Shown here: positions 30,202-42,581 of the stretch, piece after piece
Layout: the number at the start of each line of letters is the position of its first letter
How positions within the stretch are numbered: the stretch's first letter is position 1
Source of the DNA: an uncultured Gammaproteobacteria bacterium
GTDB taxonomy: Bacteria; Pseudomonadota; Gammaproteobacteria; CAWCPV01
DNA length: 64,000 bases
NCBI GenBank assembly: GCA_963797555.1
Contig: CAWCPV010000020.1
Coordinates: 1 to 64,000, forward strand
Direction of reading: 5' to 3'
Notes under the pieces: generated by a model
Databases searched by the model: none
What the model saw: the letters and a program-made list of their open reading frames with translations, nothing else
Told to the model about the DNA's origin: nothing
Program-made: the position numbers and the translations under genes

Positions 30202-32097
30202 ATGAATGCCCCCCCGCAACGCCAATCCACGGCTCCAGAGCCCTCGCAGAACACCCCAACCCCTGGGCACGGCTGGGATCGGCGGGCAGCCGCACGCCCT
30301 GCGGAGATCGCGCGGGCAGACCCCAACCCCATCGCCCAGGCCATCCTGAGCGGCTTCGAGCGGCACTATCAACGGCTCCGTGAGATCACTGCGGGCGCGC
30401 GCCAGCGCTTCGAGGACGCGAACTGGAAGGCGGTGCAGGAGGCGTCCCGGGAGCGCGTCGATTACTACGATCGAGGTGTTGGCGAGACCATCCAGGAGCT
30501 GCGAGACGGCATCGGGATCACCGCGCTGGACGAGGTGCTCTGGCAGCGTGTCAAGGTCGACTACGTGCACCTGCTTTACGAGCACAGGCAGCCGGAGCTC
30601 GCCGAGACCTTCTACAACACCGTGTTCTGCCGACTCTTCGAGAGAAAGTATTACAACAACAAGAACATCTTTGTGCGGCCCGCGGTGTCCACCGAGCATA
30701 TCGAGATAGAGTCCGATACGCCTATCTACCGCGTTTACTATCCAGCCCGGGACGGGTTCTACCGGGTCATCTCCGAGATTCTCGGGAGCTTCGGCTTTGG
30801 CCTGCCCTTCGCCGACCGTCGGCGCGATATCCGCAACCTCTTGCGCGCCGTCCGACAGCATTGTCCATCCGCTGCCGAGCGTCAGCAGGACTTTCACATC
30901 GCAGTCTTGAGCTCCCCCTTTTTCCGCAACAAGGCCGCATACATCATCGGCAAGGTGGTGAACGGCTCGGAGGAGACGCCCTTCGGGGTGCCGGTCCTGA
31001 ACAACGAGCACGGAGGGCTCTACGTCGATGCACTGCTGTTCGGGGAATCCGATCTCGCCAATGTCTTCAGCTTCGCACGGGCCTATTTCATGGTGCAGAC
31101 GGAGGTCCCCTCGGCGGTGGTGGAGTTCCTGCTTCCGCTCCTTCCCTGCAAGACGAAGGCAGACCTCTATACGGCCATCGGCTTATGGAAGCAGGGCAAG
31201 ACGGAATTCTATCGCGATTTCCTCCACCACCTCAGGCATTCCAGCGACGCCTTCGTCGCCGCCCCGGGCGCCAAAGGAATGGTGATGACCGTCTTTACAC
31301 TGCCTTCCTATCCCTACGTGTTCAAGGTTATCAAGGACACCTTCCCGCCTCCCAAGGAGATGACGCGCCAGCAGGTCAAGGACAAATATCAGTTGGTTAA
31401 GCGCCATGACCGGGTCGGGAGGATGGCGGACTCTCTCGAATACTCCGATGCCGCCTTCCCACTGCAGCGCTTTACGCCCAAGCTTCTGGAAGATCTCTTG
31501 GCCGAGGCGGGGTCCAGCGTTGAGATCGAACGCGAGCAGATCATCATCAAGCACCTCTACATCGAGCGGCGCATGGCGCCTCTCAACGTCTACATCCAGT
31601 TTGCCGACGACGAGGAGCTGAGGCGCATCATCGGTGACTATGGGGATGCGATCAGGGAGCTGGCCGCCGCCAACATCTTTCCCGGCGACATGTTCCTGAA
31701 AAACTTTGGGGTCACGCGCCAGAGACGTGTGGTGTTCTACGACTACGACGAGATCTGCTACCTGACCGAGTGCCGCTTCAGGAACATACCGGCTGCGCCC
31801 TATCCAGAATACGAATTCTCGGACGAGCCATGGTATTCCGTGGGGCCGAAAGACGTCTTCCCGGAAGAGTTCGCCACCTTTCTGCTGAGCGATCCCAGGG
31901 TGCGCGAGGCATTTATCGAGCTGCACCGTGAGCTGCTGGACGCGGACTACTGGACGCAAAAGCAGGCAGCGGTTTCCGAGGGGTGTTTCGAGGATGTCTT
32001 CCCGTATCCGGAAGCCAAGCGGTTCGCGGCATCGCCGAGCGTTCCCGAACCGGCGCCCGATCCCGAGCCGATGGCGGCGGCCGGGGCGTGCGGATGA
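30202..32097 (+). CDS. aceK: Isocitrate dehydrogenase kinase/phosphatase
   Basis: ELAETFYN, APGAKGMVM, HDRVGRMAD, NIFPGDMFLKNFGVTR, FYDYDEI; start uncertain. Confidence 0.93.
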   Translation: MNAPPQRQSTAPEPSQNTPTPGHGWDRRAAARPAEIARADPNPIAQAILSGFERHYQRLREITAGARQRFEDANWKAVQEASRERVDYYDRGVGETIQELRDGIGITALDEVLWQRVKVDYVHLLYEHRQPELAETFYNTVFCRLFERKYYNNKNIFVRPAVSTEHIEIESDTPIYRVYYPARDGFYRVISEILGSFGFGLPFADRRRDIRNLLRAVRQHCPSAAERQQDFHIAVLSSPFFRNKAAYIIGKVVNGSEETPFGVPVLNNEHGGLYVDALLFGESDLANVFSFARAYFMVQTEVPSAVVEFLLPLLPCKTKADLYTAIGLWKQGKTEFYRDFLHHLRHSSDAFVAAPGAKGMVMTVFTLPSYPYVFKVIKDTFPPPKEMTRQQVKDKYQLVKRHDRVGRMADSLEYSDAAFPLQRFTPKLLEDLLAEAGSSVEIEREQIIIKHLYIERRMAPLNVYIQFADDEELRRIIGDYGDAIRELAAANIFPGDMFLKNFGVTRQRRVVFYDYDEICYLTECRFRNIPAAPYPEYEFSDEPWYSVGPKDVFPEEFATFLLSDPRVREAFIELHRELLDADYWTQKQAAVSEGCFEDVFPYPEAKRFAASPSVPEPAPDPEPMAAAGACG

Positions 32098-32118
32098 CAC
32101 GAAGCGCCCGTTTGCCGA

Positions 32119-32338
32119 GAGCTTGTGAAGAAATCGTCGTGAGCGGCGCGAGAGCGAGGCGCACGGAGCGCAGGAACGGGGACATACCCGGTGGACAGGC
32201 GGGGAAGCGAGCCGAATGGCAGGATAGCCATTCGGCACGTCCGCGGGACGCCCCAAAACCGGGTCGCGTACAGGGAAGTGCGCCAGAACACCGCGCAACG
32301 CCGCTCGCGGGAGGCGCACCAGAGTTATTCACAGGCTC
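32119..32338. mobile_element. MITE-like element copy B
   Basis: GAGCTTGTGAAGAAAT...TTATTCACAGGCTC; shares GAATGGCAGGAYAGCCATTCGGCACGTCCGCGGGACGCCCCAAA with copy A. Confidence 0.7.
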
Positions 32339-32392
32339 TGAGCCAATCCCCTTCTTAGCTGGACGCGATCAGCAACAGCGCTGGGAGGCGAC

Positions 32393-34873
32393 GTGAGTAT
32401 GACGACCAAGCTGGGCACCCGACGTACCGTGAACTGGCGTACTCACCACGGCGCCGATCCAAGGCCGGAGTGCGTGATTTCGCTCGCCCATCTGGGCGCG
32501 TCCGACGTGGCTCGGGTAGGGGGAAAAAACGCGTCGCTCGGCGAGATGATCGCACAGCTCGGCTCGGCAGGGGTCCGAGTGCCGGGAGGCTTTGCCACGA
32601 CGGCCAAGGTCTACCGGGATTTTCTGGCCCAGGGTGGACTCGACCGCCGCATCTACGCAGTGCTGGACACCTTGGACACAGAGGACGTGAAGGCCTTGGC
32701 GGCCAGTGGCGAGGCCATCCGCCAGTGGATCGTGCAGACACCATTTCCGGTGGCGCTGGAAGAGGCGATCGCCGAGGCGTACCAGACCATGCAACTGGCC
32801 GTCCCCGGGGGATTCGCCGTGGCCGTGCGCTCCTCGGCGACCGCGGAGGATTTGCCCGAGGCCTCCTTTGCCGGTCAGCAGGAGACTTTCCTCAACGTGC
32901 GCGGGCTGCCAGAGACCCTGGCCGCCATCAAGGACGTGTTCGCGTCTCTCTTCAACGACCGAGCCATCGCCTACCGTGTCCACCAGCGCTTCGCCCATCG
33001 CAATGTGGCGCTCTCGGCCGGTGTGCAGCGCATGGTCCGCAGCGACATCGGTGCGAGCGGGGTGATGTTCACCCTGGACACGGAGACCGGGTTCCGTGAC
33101 GCCGTGTTGATTACGGCAAACTATGGGCTAGGCGAAACCGTGGTCCAAGGTCAGGTCAATCCGGACGAGTTCTACGTATACAAGCCGTCTCTCGCCCAGG
33201 GACGCAAGGCGATCCTGCGCCGCCGCCTCGGCGCCAAGGCCATCCGCATGGTCTACAGCAGGACGCTGGGCCACGCCAAGGCCACAGCCGTTGAGTCGGT
33301 GCCCGATGGCGAGCGACTGCTGTTTTGCATTACCGATGCCGAGGTCGAGGAGTTGGCCCGCCAGGCAATCGTTATCGAACAGCACTACGGGTGTCCCATG
33401 GACATCGAGTGGGCGCGGGACGGCGAAGACGGCCGGCTGTACATCCTCCAGGCCCGTCCGGAAACAGTGCAGAGCCGGGCGAGCAGGATGAGCCGGGTGA
33501 TTGAGCACTACCAGCTCAAGGAGAGGTCGCCGGTGTTGTGCAGCGGACGCGCCGTTGGCCAGAGGATCGGCGCGGGCACGGCTCGCGTCATCCTCAACGT
33601 GAAGGAGATGGGGCGGGTGCGAGCAGGCGACGTGCTCGTCACGGATATGACCGACCCGGACTGGGAGCCCGTGATGAAGCGGGCCTCGGCCATCGTCACC
33701 AACCGCGGTGGCCGCACCTGCCATGCTGCCATCATCGCCCGCGAGCTCGGCATACCCGCGGTGGTCGGCTGCGGGGATGCTACGACCGCCGTCGGCGACG
33801 GTGCCGAGGTGACAGTGTCCTGCGCCGAGGGCGACACCGGCTTCATCTACGGAGGCATACTGGGCTTCGAGATTGGACGCACCGAGCTCGACCGGATGCC
33901 CGAGATCCCGGTGAAGATCATGATGAACGTGGGCAGCCCGGAACAGGCATTCGCCTTTGCGGATCTGCCCAATGCGGGGGTCGGACTGGCGCGCGTGGAG
34001 TTCATCATCGCCCGCGCCATCGGCGTGCATCCCCAGGCGCTGCTCGAGTATGACGCCCTGCCGCCGGAACTGCGCGCCGAGATCCACCCACACATCGCAG
34101 CCTATGCAGACCCGGTGAGCTTCTACGTGGAGAAGCTCACCGAAGGTATCGCCACCATCGCAGCGGCCTTTGCGCCGAACCCGGTCATCGTGCGCCTGTC
34201 CGACTTCAAGTCCAACGAATACGCCAACCTGCTGGGGGGCAAACGCTACGAGCCCGACGAGGAAAACCCCATGCTGGGCCTTCGAGGAGCGGGCCGTTAC
34301 GTGGCGGAGTGTTTCCGCCCCAGCTTCGAGCTGGAGTGCCGGGCGCTCAAGAAGGTACGCGAAGACATGGGTCTCACCAACGTGCAGGTCATGGTCCCCT
34401 TCGTGCGCACGGTGGCTCAAGGCAAGGCGGTCGTCGAGGCGCTCGCCGCGAACGGACTACGCCGGGGGGAGGATGGACTCCAGGTCATCATGATGTGCGA
34501 AGTGCCGTCCAATGCCATCCTGGCCGAGCAGTTTCTGGAGTCGTTTGACGGGTTCTCGATCGGCTCCAACGACCTGACACAGCTTACCCTCGGCCTGGAT
34601 CGGGACTCTGCTTTGGTGGCGGATCTGTTCGACGAGCGCGACGATGCGGTCAAGTTCTTGCTGGCCCGCGCCATCCAGGCCTGCCGCACCAAGGGCAAGT
34701 ACGTAGGCATCTGCGGTCAGGGCCCCTCCGACCATCCGGATCTCGCCCTCTGGCTGCTGGAGCAGGGTATCGAGAGCATGTCCCTGAACCCCGATACGGT
34801 CGTCAAGACTTGGCTGTACCTCGCTCAGCAGGCACTCAGCAGCGAGAATATGAGCCGATCCCAGAGCTCGTAA
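32393..34873 (+). CDS. ppsA: Phosphoenolpyruvate synthase
   Basis: [54 protein letters not shown]. Confidence 0.96.
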   Translation: MSMTTKLGTRRTVNWRTHHGADPRPECVISLAHLGASDVARVGGKNASLGEMIAQLGSAGVRVPGGFATTAKVYRDFLAQGGLDRRIYAVLDTLDTEDVKALAASGEAIRQWIVQTPFPVALEEAIAEAYQTMQLAVPGGFAVAVRSSATAEDLPEASFAGQQETFLNVRGLPETLAAIKDVFASLFNDRAIAYRVHQRFAHRNVALSAGVQRMVRSDIGASGVMFTLDTETGFRDAVLITANYGLGETVVQGQVNPDEFYVYKPSLAQGRKAILRRRLGAKAIRMVYSRTLGHAKATAVESVPDGERLLFCITDAEVEELARQAIVIEQHYGCPMDIEWARDGEDGRLYILQARPETVQSRASRMSRVIEHYQLKERSPVLCSGRAVGQRIGAGTARVILNVKEMGRVRAGDVLVTDMTDPDWEPVMKRASAIVTNRGGRTCHAAIIARELGIPAVVGCGDATTAVGDGAEVTVSCAEGDTGFIYGGILGFEIGRTELDRMPEIPVKIMMNVGSPEQAFAFADLPNAGVGLARVEFIIARAIGVHPQALLEYDALPPELRAEIHPHIAAYADPVSFYVEKLTEGIATIAAAFAPNPVIVRLSDFKSNEYANLLGGKRYEPDEENPMLGLRGAGRYVAECFRPSFELECRALKKVREDMGLTNVQVMVPFVRTVAQGKAVVEALAANGLRRGEDGLQVIMMCEVPSNAILAEQFLESFDGFSIGSNDLTQLTLGLDRDSALVADLFDERDDAVKFLLARAIQACRTKGKYVGICGQGPSDHPDLALWLLEQGIESMSLNPDTVVKTWLYLAQQALSSENMSRSQSS

Positions 34874-35002
34874 AGAAGCTGTCGCGAGCGGCCCGCGGGC
34901 AAGGCGCGCGGAGCGCAGCGACAAGGCGGATCAGGCAGGCGAGGAGCGAGCACCGCCTAGCGCGCCGCGACCGGGACGCACAGCAGATCTGCTCACAAGC
35001 TC
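34864..35002. mobile_element. MITE-like element copy C
   Basis: GAGCTCGTAAAGAAG...GATCTGCTCACAAGCTC; internal similarity to copy A; contains the ppsA stop codon. Confidence 0.65.
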
Positions 35003-35206
35003 AGCGTGAGCTGCGCCTCCGCAACGCCGTTTCCTCAGATGCACCGACGTGCGGTCCCCGGGTGTGCCGGAGAACAGGTGCAGGATCTCCTCGCACCCCT
35101 GCTGGGGTATGAACGAGATCTGTCGCGGCCTGCGGATCTTCGGTAAGCTTGGCGTCGGGGACGCGACGGCAAGGGTCGCCGCCGGGGGCCCCACGGGAGG
35201 GCGTGT

Positions 35207-36495
<1,289 letters not shown>

Positions 36496-36503
36496 AGCCC
36501 TCG

Positions 36504-36605
36504 GAGCTTGTGCAGAAATCCCTCGCCGAGCGGCCCGAGAGCAACGACGAGACCAATCCGGTCGATAGGGGGAGTGAGCAGCGCGTCTCGCCCAGCGTGG
36601 CACTC
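36504..36605. mobile_element. Partial MITE-like copy D
   Basis: GAGCTTGTGCAGAAAT...GAGCGGCCCGAGAGCAACGACGAGAC just after the gltA stop; right end unclear. Confidence 0.5.
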
Positions 36606-36890
36606 CTGCCCCTGCTGCGCCCTCGCGGCATCGTCCGACGACGCCCCCCAGACACACCGCCCGATTCACGCCTGAAACCGCCGACCCCACTGCTCGCATT
36701 CGTGCAGAGGCGCCCCGGCCTCCAGACTCTGTCGCTCCGACTCGCATCCCACCGCCTCAACGTCGGATTGTTGCGAATTGGCAACCTAATGTTGCTGGCG
36801 GGGCTTCCGCCGACTACAATACAACTATCCAGCGGACCGCCAAATTCGGTAGGAGAAGCTGGGGATCAGGACCGTTCGGAGGAAAGTGCC

Positions 36891-37046
36891 ATGTATAAGG
36901 TGTATGGTCTGGGCTACACTGGGTCCCAACACGTGCCGCTGCCGATCGACTATGTCGTATGGGCCACGGGCTACGAGGATGCCATCCGAAAAGTGTGTCA
37001 GCTCGGCATCGTGGTAATCCAGTGTACTGTGGAGGCCATCGGCTAG
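36891..37046 (+). CDS. Small hypothetical protein (51 aa)
   Basis: GGAGG RBS before ATG; MYKVYGLGYTGSQHVPLPIDYVVW... Confidence 0.45.
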   Translation: MYKVYGLGYTGSQHVPLPIDYVVWATGYEDAIRKVCQLGIVVIQCTVEAIG

Positions 37047-37311
37047 AACGGATCCGGCTGATGGACTCTTTCCCCTCCTGCGCTGCACACGGATGCAAGA
37101 GCTAGGCTAGCGGAGAAAGTACTCTGCGGCTGACTCAACGCCGGGATCGAGGGCCGAGCTTGATCCCGTTCCCGCGGCACCCCGGCGAGCCTGCAACTCC
37201 GTCGCTCCTTGACCGGTCCACTGCGCCTGTGTGTGGCCGGTGGAAAATCCCCACTCCGCTCGGCCCCCGCCGGTCCCGCAGGGTTCCGGTCGGTCCGCAA
37301 TTGGGAGGTCA

Positions 37312-37428
37312 ATGATGTTCTCATTCGATGGTCTAACCATGGTGGGCATCGCCGTGGCAGTGCTCGTGACTATTGTCGTAGGCTGCTGCAGTCACCCGAA
37401 GTGTCCGTTCTGTAACAACGCGGAATAA
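37312..37428 (+). CDS. Small single-TM Cys-rich peptide (38 aa)
   Basis: GGGAGG RBS; hydrophobic helix, then CCSHPKCPFC. Confidence 0.4.
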   Translation: MMFSFDGLTMVGIAVAVLVTIVVGCCSHPKCPFCNNAE

Positions 37429-37727
37429 TGGCGCGCTGATAGCGACCAGGTTTCTCAGCGCCCCGGGCTTGTCTTGCCGGCAGGCGCGGTGGGCGCCAAA
37501 GTCACTTTGGGTCAGTAATCAGGGCGCCCGGCCCTTCCGCGACAGCCTGAGCAGTTGCGCCGAGGCATCTACCGGGGCCTGACGGATGCGGCAACTCCCG
37601 GACCGACCGGCTTCAAAGGGGCGGTGTGATTCCAAGAACAGGTCCGGGTGCAGGCGTCCCAGCCGGGAACCAGTGACTCAGTCTGTGCTACTCTGCGACA
37701 TGAATCTGCGGCAAGGACGGTGCATGA

Positions 37728-38012
37728 ATGAGCGAGTACGGCGGTGGCTACCTTGACTTGACTGAGGAGATGGCGTCTCTGCTCGTAAAGCTGACTGAAG
37801 CACTACCAGCAGATGCCACAGAGTCTCAACGAGAGCGATGGGCTCAAATGCGCAAGCTATGGATGCAAGATCTCCGCAAGCTCTGGAATAGCAGGGATAA
37901 AGGCGAAATCTCCAGACTCTGGGAGAAGCTCGGAGGCGATCCGCAGATCTTGGCTAACTTATGTGCAGATCCGACCGAAGCCGAGCAATGGATGCGGCCC
38001 GGTTCGGCCTAA
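37728..38012 (+). CDS. Hypothetical helical protein
   Basis: 94 aa ORF with protein-like composition. Confidence 0.5.
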   Translation: MSEYGGGYLDLTEEMASLLVKLTEALPADATESQRERWAQMRKLWMQDLRKLWNSRDKGEISRLWEKLGGDPQILANLCADPTEAEQWMRPGSA

Positions 38013-38147
38013 CGGAGATTGCTGCTTGGAACCAGCGGTGGTCGCCTCGCACGGCTGCTGACGGACGCTGGTGAGGTGTCGACGCCGGGTTGTCCGTCGG
38101 AAGACCTCGGACTTCACGGATTGTTGGCTCAGCCGACCTCGAGTTCT

Positions 38148-38289
38148 GAGTGCTTAATAAAAATCTGCTGCGCGTTCCAATAGGGGCGTTGGGCAGCGCT
38201 CACTCCTCGCCGATCTACTGGACATGTCTCGTCGTTGCGCTCCGTACACGGTGATCTCAGGCCGCTCGGGACGATTTCTCCGTAAGCTC
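38148..38289. mobile_element. MITE-like element copy E (inverted)
   Basis: Minus strand GAGCTTACGGAGAAATCGTCCCGAGCGGCC...GCAGCAGATTTTTATTAAGCACTC. Confidence 0.6.
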
Positions 38290-38538
38290 TGAGCCTCGCA
38301 GCGCACTTGAATCGGCTGGCCACGGATCACCGACAACCTGTCAGCGCCACCCGAGGCAGCAGGGTAATGACCACCCGCGAGGAGGAAGGCGCGGCAATCC
38401 TGGGAGGCGGTCTCAGAAAACCAACACGCCGCCGGAGGGCGCCAATCCAGCGACTGTTCGTCTTCGGAGATAGCCAGCCCAGTCTTACGTCTGCAAATAC
38501 GGCAAGCACTGCAGTAACATAGCAAGAATCCGCGCGAG

Positions 38539-39159
38539 GTGAGTGGTGTGGCTAGCTCTGCAGGGGGCAACGTGACGACGCTACGGGAGACTATCCCGCT
38601 GCGTAAGCGGAAGATTCTGAAAAAGCTCTTCACATCCGCCGCGCGGCCGGTCCTCCCGTGGGCTGTCCTGCTGCTGTCGGCCCTGGGGTTCTTCTACATC
38701 GATCCCGGTAAGCTACCGCCCGCGTTGGCGGCTCATAAACCCGGGCTGTGGGCGCTTTGGCTCTCCCTAGCGGCGGTCCTCGTGCTCTGGAACCCCGTCT
38801 ATCAGGTGCTTTACTTCATTCGCTATTTCTATGACATTCAGGGGAGCAATATCGTCATCCGCAAAGGGGTGCTCACACGCCGGGAGATCACGTTGCCCTT
38901 CTCTCGCATCACGGATGTCTACGTAGACCAGGACTTCTTTGATGTCTTGTTTGGGCTCTATGACGTGCACATCTCGACCCCCACGCAGCAATCGGGTCTT
39001 TTCGCTCACATCGACGGCGTGGACAGGCAGGGCAGCGCCCGGCTGCGCCAGCTGATCCTCGACGCCATCAGCAAGACGGAGGGAGCTGAGGCGCGAGGGG
39101 TTGCCGTGGCTGCTGCGTTCCAGCCTCCTGCAGGTGAATCGCCTGCGCGGGATTATTGA
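38539..39159 (+). CDS. Membrane protein with bacterial PH (bPH_2) domain
   Basis: Two TM helices, then IRKGVLTRREITLPFSRITDVYVDQDFFDVLFGL. Confidence 0.75.
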   Translation: MSGVASSAGGNVTTLRETIPLRKRKILKKLFTSAARPVLPWAVLLLSALGFFYIDPGKLPPALAAHKPGLWALWLSLAAVLVLWNPVYQVLYFIRYFYDIQGSNIVIRKGVLTRREITLPFSRITDVYVDQDFFDVLFGLYDVHISTPTQQSGLFAHIDGVDRQGSARLRQLILDAISKTEGAEARGVAVAAAFQPPAGESPARDY

Positions 39160-39406
39160 GACGGCAGTGCGAGGTAGCGCCAGGGTTTGTCGTGCGCACT
39201 CTCGGCCCTTGAACGGCCGGCCAACAAGAGCATGAGAAAGGCGAGCGGGATCCCTTGAGCGCTGGGTTCAGCCATATTCCTCCGCGACAGCCTGCTTGCC
39301 CCCCACACTCAAGAACATGTTCGTTTGCCGATGCGTTCGGGCTTGATCCTGCACGTCTCCGAGTCCCTCCGGGGTCTGGCAGGGGATTCCAGCCCGTGCT
39401 CCTGTC

Positions 39407-41971
39407 TTAGGCCCATGGCGTTTTCTCTTCGCTTTCCAGCTTTTGTACCCGATCCTCCAACTTGCGGTGCTTTTCCTGCAGTTCTTCGAGCTGCTTCTGG
39501 AGCGCGGCCTGCCGCGGCGGCTTTTCGGCACGCAAGGTCTGTAGGATGCGGTCGACCTCCACCTGCTCCTGCACCGAGAGCGAACGGCGGTAGCGCTCGA
39601 GCTGTCCGGTGGCCTCTCGCGCCTCCACGGTCTTGAGTCCGTTGGCGGCGGCTTTGCGGACTCGCGGCTCGGGGTCGCGCAGCAGGTCCAGCAGTTGTTC
39701 CACTACCGGCTCGCGTCCCGGTTTCTCCTGTACGGTCCCAATGTCCGCAAGCGCCCCGACAGCGGCCGGCCGCGCGCGCTGGGGCAGGCACCCATAGCCG
39801 ACCTTCGCAAGCAGCATATCGAGCGCCTCCCGGCGCCGGGTGGCGGCCAAGCCCCGGAGGGCTCCCGACTGGCCGAAGCCGCTCCAGTCGGCCCGCTCCG
39901 CTGCTTCGCGCAGCACCGCCCAGGGAGCGTCCTGGCGCTGTGCTCCCAACGCCTCGTAGGCGGCCTGACTCGCACGGTAGGGCAAGCCAATCTGCAGACG
40001 CCCCAGGACGGCCTCCCCTATCCGCCGGTCCCGATACTTCCCGGCCGCGCGCATCACCGCTTCCAGCACGCGGGGGTCTTGCTCCTCCCGAATCATCTCG
40101 TGGATAGCCTCCACGGCCGGCTCCAATCCGGCGTCTCCGAGGGCCTTGGCCATCTGCTCGCGCACCCCCCAGAAGCGCTCGGTGCGATACGCCGCCGCAA
40201 CGGCCTCGATGTTGCCACGCTTGCCGCTCTTGACCAGCTCGCGGGCCGCGAGGATGCGCCCGATGACGTCGGGCGCGTCCGTCAACTGTTTTTTCAGCAT
40301 GGGGTCCCCGGGATTGAAGTCGAGCTTGTGGAGCATCTTGCATCGCGGGTCGAAGCGCACCTGCTCGGGGCGCACCGCCATGGGGATCGTGAACGTCTGA
40401 CGCGGCTGGCGAACCTCCACGGGCAGCACCTGTAGCTCACCTTCTGACACCCAGCCCAGCTCGGTGGAGAGATCGAAGGCAGGTACCCCCTTCTCCTTGT
40501 CTACCTGGGTCTGCTCGACCTCGAAGGTGCCGGCCTTCTTCTCCTCGTCGTAGCTGAACGTCACTTTGAGCGCCGGGTAGCCTGGGGTGAAGAACCACTG
40601 GTCGAACAACTTCCCGAGGGAGCGCCCGGAATGCTCCTCCAGCACTCGCCGGAAATCGTCCGTCTCCACCACCTGCCCGGCATGGCGGCCCAGGTAGTCG
40701 CGCACCGCTGTCCAGAATGTCTCGTCCCCCAGCAGACAGCGTAACGTGTGGAGACGGCAGGCGCCGCCCGGGTAGAGGTGGCGGTCGTACATCTGCCAGG
40801 ACGACTTGAACTGGCGCGTGACGATGGGGCGGCGGTAGCGCTCGTCAGCTTCGGTGAAGTAGGCCTGAGCGTTGCGGTGGAAATCGCAGAGCTTCTCGTC
40901 TTCCCCATAACGGTGCTCCAGCCAGCACTGCTCCATGTAGGTCGCCCAGGATTCCTTCAGCCAGGCATGGGCGAAGTCGCGGATCACGACCAAGTCGCCG
41001 AAATAACTGTGGGCCATCTCGTGGACGTTGACCTGGTCCACCAGCCACCCCCACTCCTCGGCCAGCCTCTCATCCAGTACAAAGATGTCATCCCAGCTGA
41101 CCAGCGAGATGTTCTCCATGGCGCCGCCGAAGCCGGGCAGCGCGAACTGGTAGTACTTCGGAAATGGAAAGGGCAGGGCCAGCTTGTCCGTCATCCATGC
41201 CAGCATGTCCTTGGTGCGCCCGAAGGTACGCTGCAGATGCTCGGGGGTGAAGCGGCGGGTGGCGAAGTAGGCGACCGGGATGCCCTGGAATTCGCCGTCG
41301 TCGTAACGCACGAAGTCGCCGATGGCGAAGCACACCAGATAGCTGGGGCAGCGCTGTTCCAGCCGCCAGCAGGCAGTCTTGGTGCCATCGCCGTGGTCGG
41401 TCTCTTCGAGCAGCTTGCCGTTGGCCAAGACGGTGAAGCGGCTGTTGGCCCGCAGGCGCAGCTCGAGAGTGGTACGCACGCTGGGCAGGTCCACGCACGG
41501 CAGCCAATGACGGGCGCGCTCGGTCTCGTGGTCGGTGGCAGCGAACCAGGGCGCGTCCGGGTAGGCATCGGTCGGCTTGGAGAAGAACAGGCCGCTCGCC
41601 GGCTTGACTACCCGATAGCTCAGCGCGAGCTTGCGGTCCTCGCCGCTGGCAAACGGTTCCTCCCAGACGACACTCAGCGTCTCGCCGTCGTAATGGTAGG
41701 ACAGCGGCCGACCATCAACGTCCCGCGCCGAGAGCTCCAGCAGGTCCACCGCATGGAGCTTGAGGGTGCGCGGGCCGCTCCGGCGGCTGACCACCGTGGT
41801 GACCACCGAGCCTTCGGCCTTCTGACCCTCCAGGTCGACATGCAGCTCAACGTCCAGGTGTCGCGGCTCGATCTCCAGATCCGGCGGGTAATGCGTCGGG
41901 GCGTCCGGGCCGGAGAACTCTGTGGGCGTGGCGGCGGGCTGGCAGACCTGATGCTCGTCGAGAAGCGGCAT
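39407..41971 (-). CDS. M1-family aminopeptidase with C-terminal HEAT repeats and coiled coil
   Basis: GGAMEN and HEMAH-X18-E motifs; HEAT-like C-terminus. Confidence 0.9.
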   Translation of the reverse strand: MPLLDEHQVCQPAATPTEFSGPDAPTHYPPDLEIEPRHLDVELHVDLEGQKAEGSVVTTVVSRRSGPRTLKLHAVDLLELSARDVDGRPLSYHYDGETLSVVWEEPFASGEDRKLALSYRVVKPASGLFFSKPTDAYPDAPWFAATDHETERARHWLPCVDLPSVRTTLELRLRANSRFTVLANGKLLEETDHGDGTKTACWRLEQRCPSYLVCFAIGDFVRYDDGEFQGIPVAYFATRRFTPEHLQRTFGRTKDMLAWMTDKLALPFPFPKYYQFALPGFGGAMENISLVSWDDIFVLDERLAEEWGWLVDQVNVHEMAHSYFGDLVVIRDFAHAWLKESWATYMEQCWLEHRYGEDEKLCDFHRNAQAYFTEADERYRRPIVTRQFKSSWQMYDRHLYPGGACRLHTLRCLLGDETFWTAVRDYLGRHAGQVVETDDFRRVLEEHSGRSLGKLFDQWFFTPGYPALKVTFSYDEEKKAGTFEVEQTQVDKEKGVPAFDLSTELGWVSEGELQVLPVEVRQPRQTFTIPMAVRPEQVRFDPRCKMLHKLDFNPGDPMLKKQLTDAPDVIGRILAARELVKSGKRGNIEAVAAAYRTERFWGVREQMAKALGDAGLEPAVEAIHEMIREEQDPRVLEAVMRAAGKYRDRRIGEAVLGRLQIGLPYRASQAAYEALGAQRQDAPWAVLREAAERADWSGFGQSGALRGLAATRRREALDMLLAKVGYGCLPQRARPAAVGALADIGTVQEKPGREPVVEQLLDLLRDPEPRVRKAAANGLKTVEAREATGQLERYRRSLSVQEQVEVDRILQTLRAEKPPRQAALQKQLEELQEKHRKLEDRVQKLESEEKTPWA

Positions 41972-42161
41972 GATTTTGTTTCCCTGCGTGGGTGCGGCTC
42001 TATTGTCACCCCGTGCGGCGAAGGGTTGGAAGCATGACAGCCGGGCCTTCAGCAACCGTGTAGCGGTCGACGCAGGGGAAGTACCACGTCGTCGTCACCC
42101 ATCGCACCGCGAGCGGCCTTCGAGGCGGCGCGGCAACGTCTCCCGTTTGCTTGCGCTGATG

Positions 42162-42180
42162 AATGATAACGATTATCATT
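42162..42180. promoter_or_regulatory. Fur box
   Basis: AATGATAACGATTATCATT, a near-perfect inverted repeat upstream of the iron-uptake genes. Confidence 0.85.
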
Positions 42181-42228
42181 GCTGACGTGTTCTGCCCCGT
42201 TCAAACCAGCTCACCAAGGTGATAGCTC

Positions 42229-42561
42229 ATGAAACCCGTCAGGCATCTGCTCCTCTCGGTCGCATTCCCGGCCCTGCTGTCCTTGTCCGCCCACGCTGAT
42301 GACTCCTACGCCCTGGCCATCAAGGACCATCGTTTCGACCCTGTCGAACTGGTCGTACCCGCCGGACAGAAAGTCAAGCTGCGAATCCTGAACCGCGATG
42401 GCACTCCAGAAGAGTTCGAGAGCTACGAGTTGAACCGAGAAAAGATCATTCCCGGCGGGCAGGAGGCCGTTGTGTTCATCGGTCCGCTGGATGCGGGCCG
42501 CTACTCCTTCTTCGGCGACTTCAATCGGGACACGGCCAACGGCGTCATCATCGCCAAGTGA
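42229..42561 (+). CDS. Periplasmic cupredoxin (FtrB/EfeO-N-like)
   Basis: Signal peptide; F.P.ELVVPAG, EEFES..LNREKII, GRYSFFGDF. Confidence 0.85.
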   Translation: MKPVRHLLLSVAFPALLSLSAHADDSYALAIKDHRFDPVELVVPAGQKVKLRILNRDGTPEEFESYELNREKIIPGGQEAVVFIGPLDAGRYSFFGDFNRDTANGVIIAK

Positions 42562-42581
42562 CTACCGGAGAGATTCAGTCC

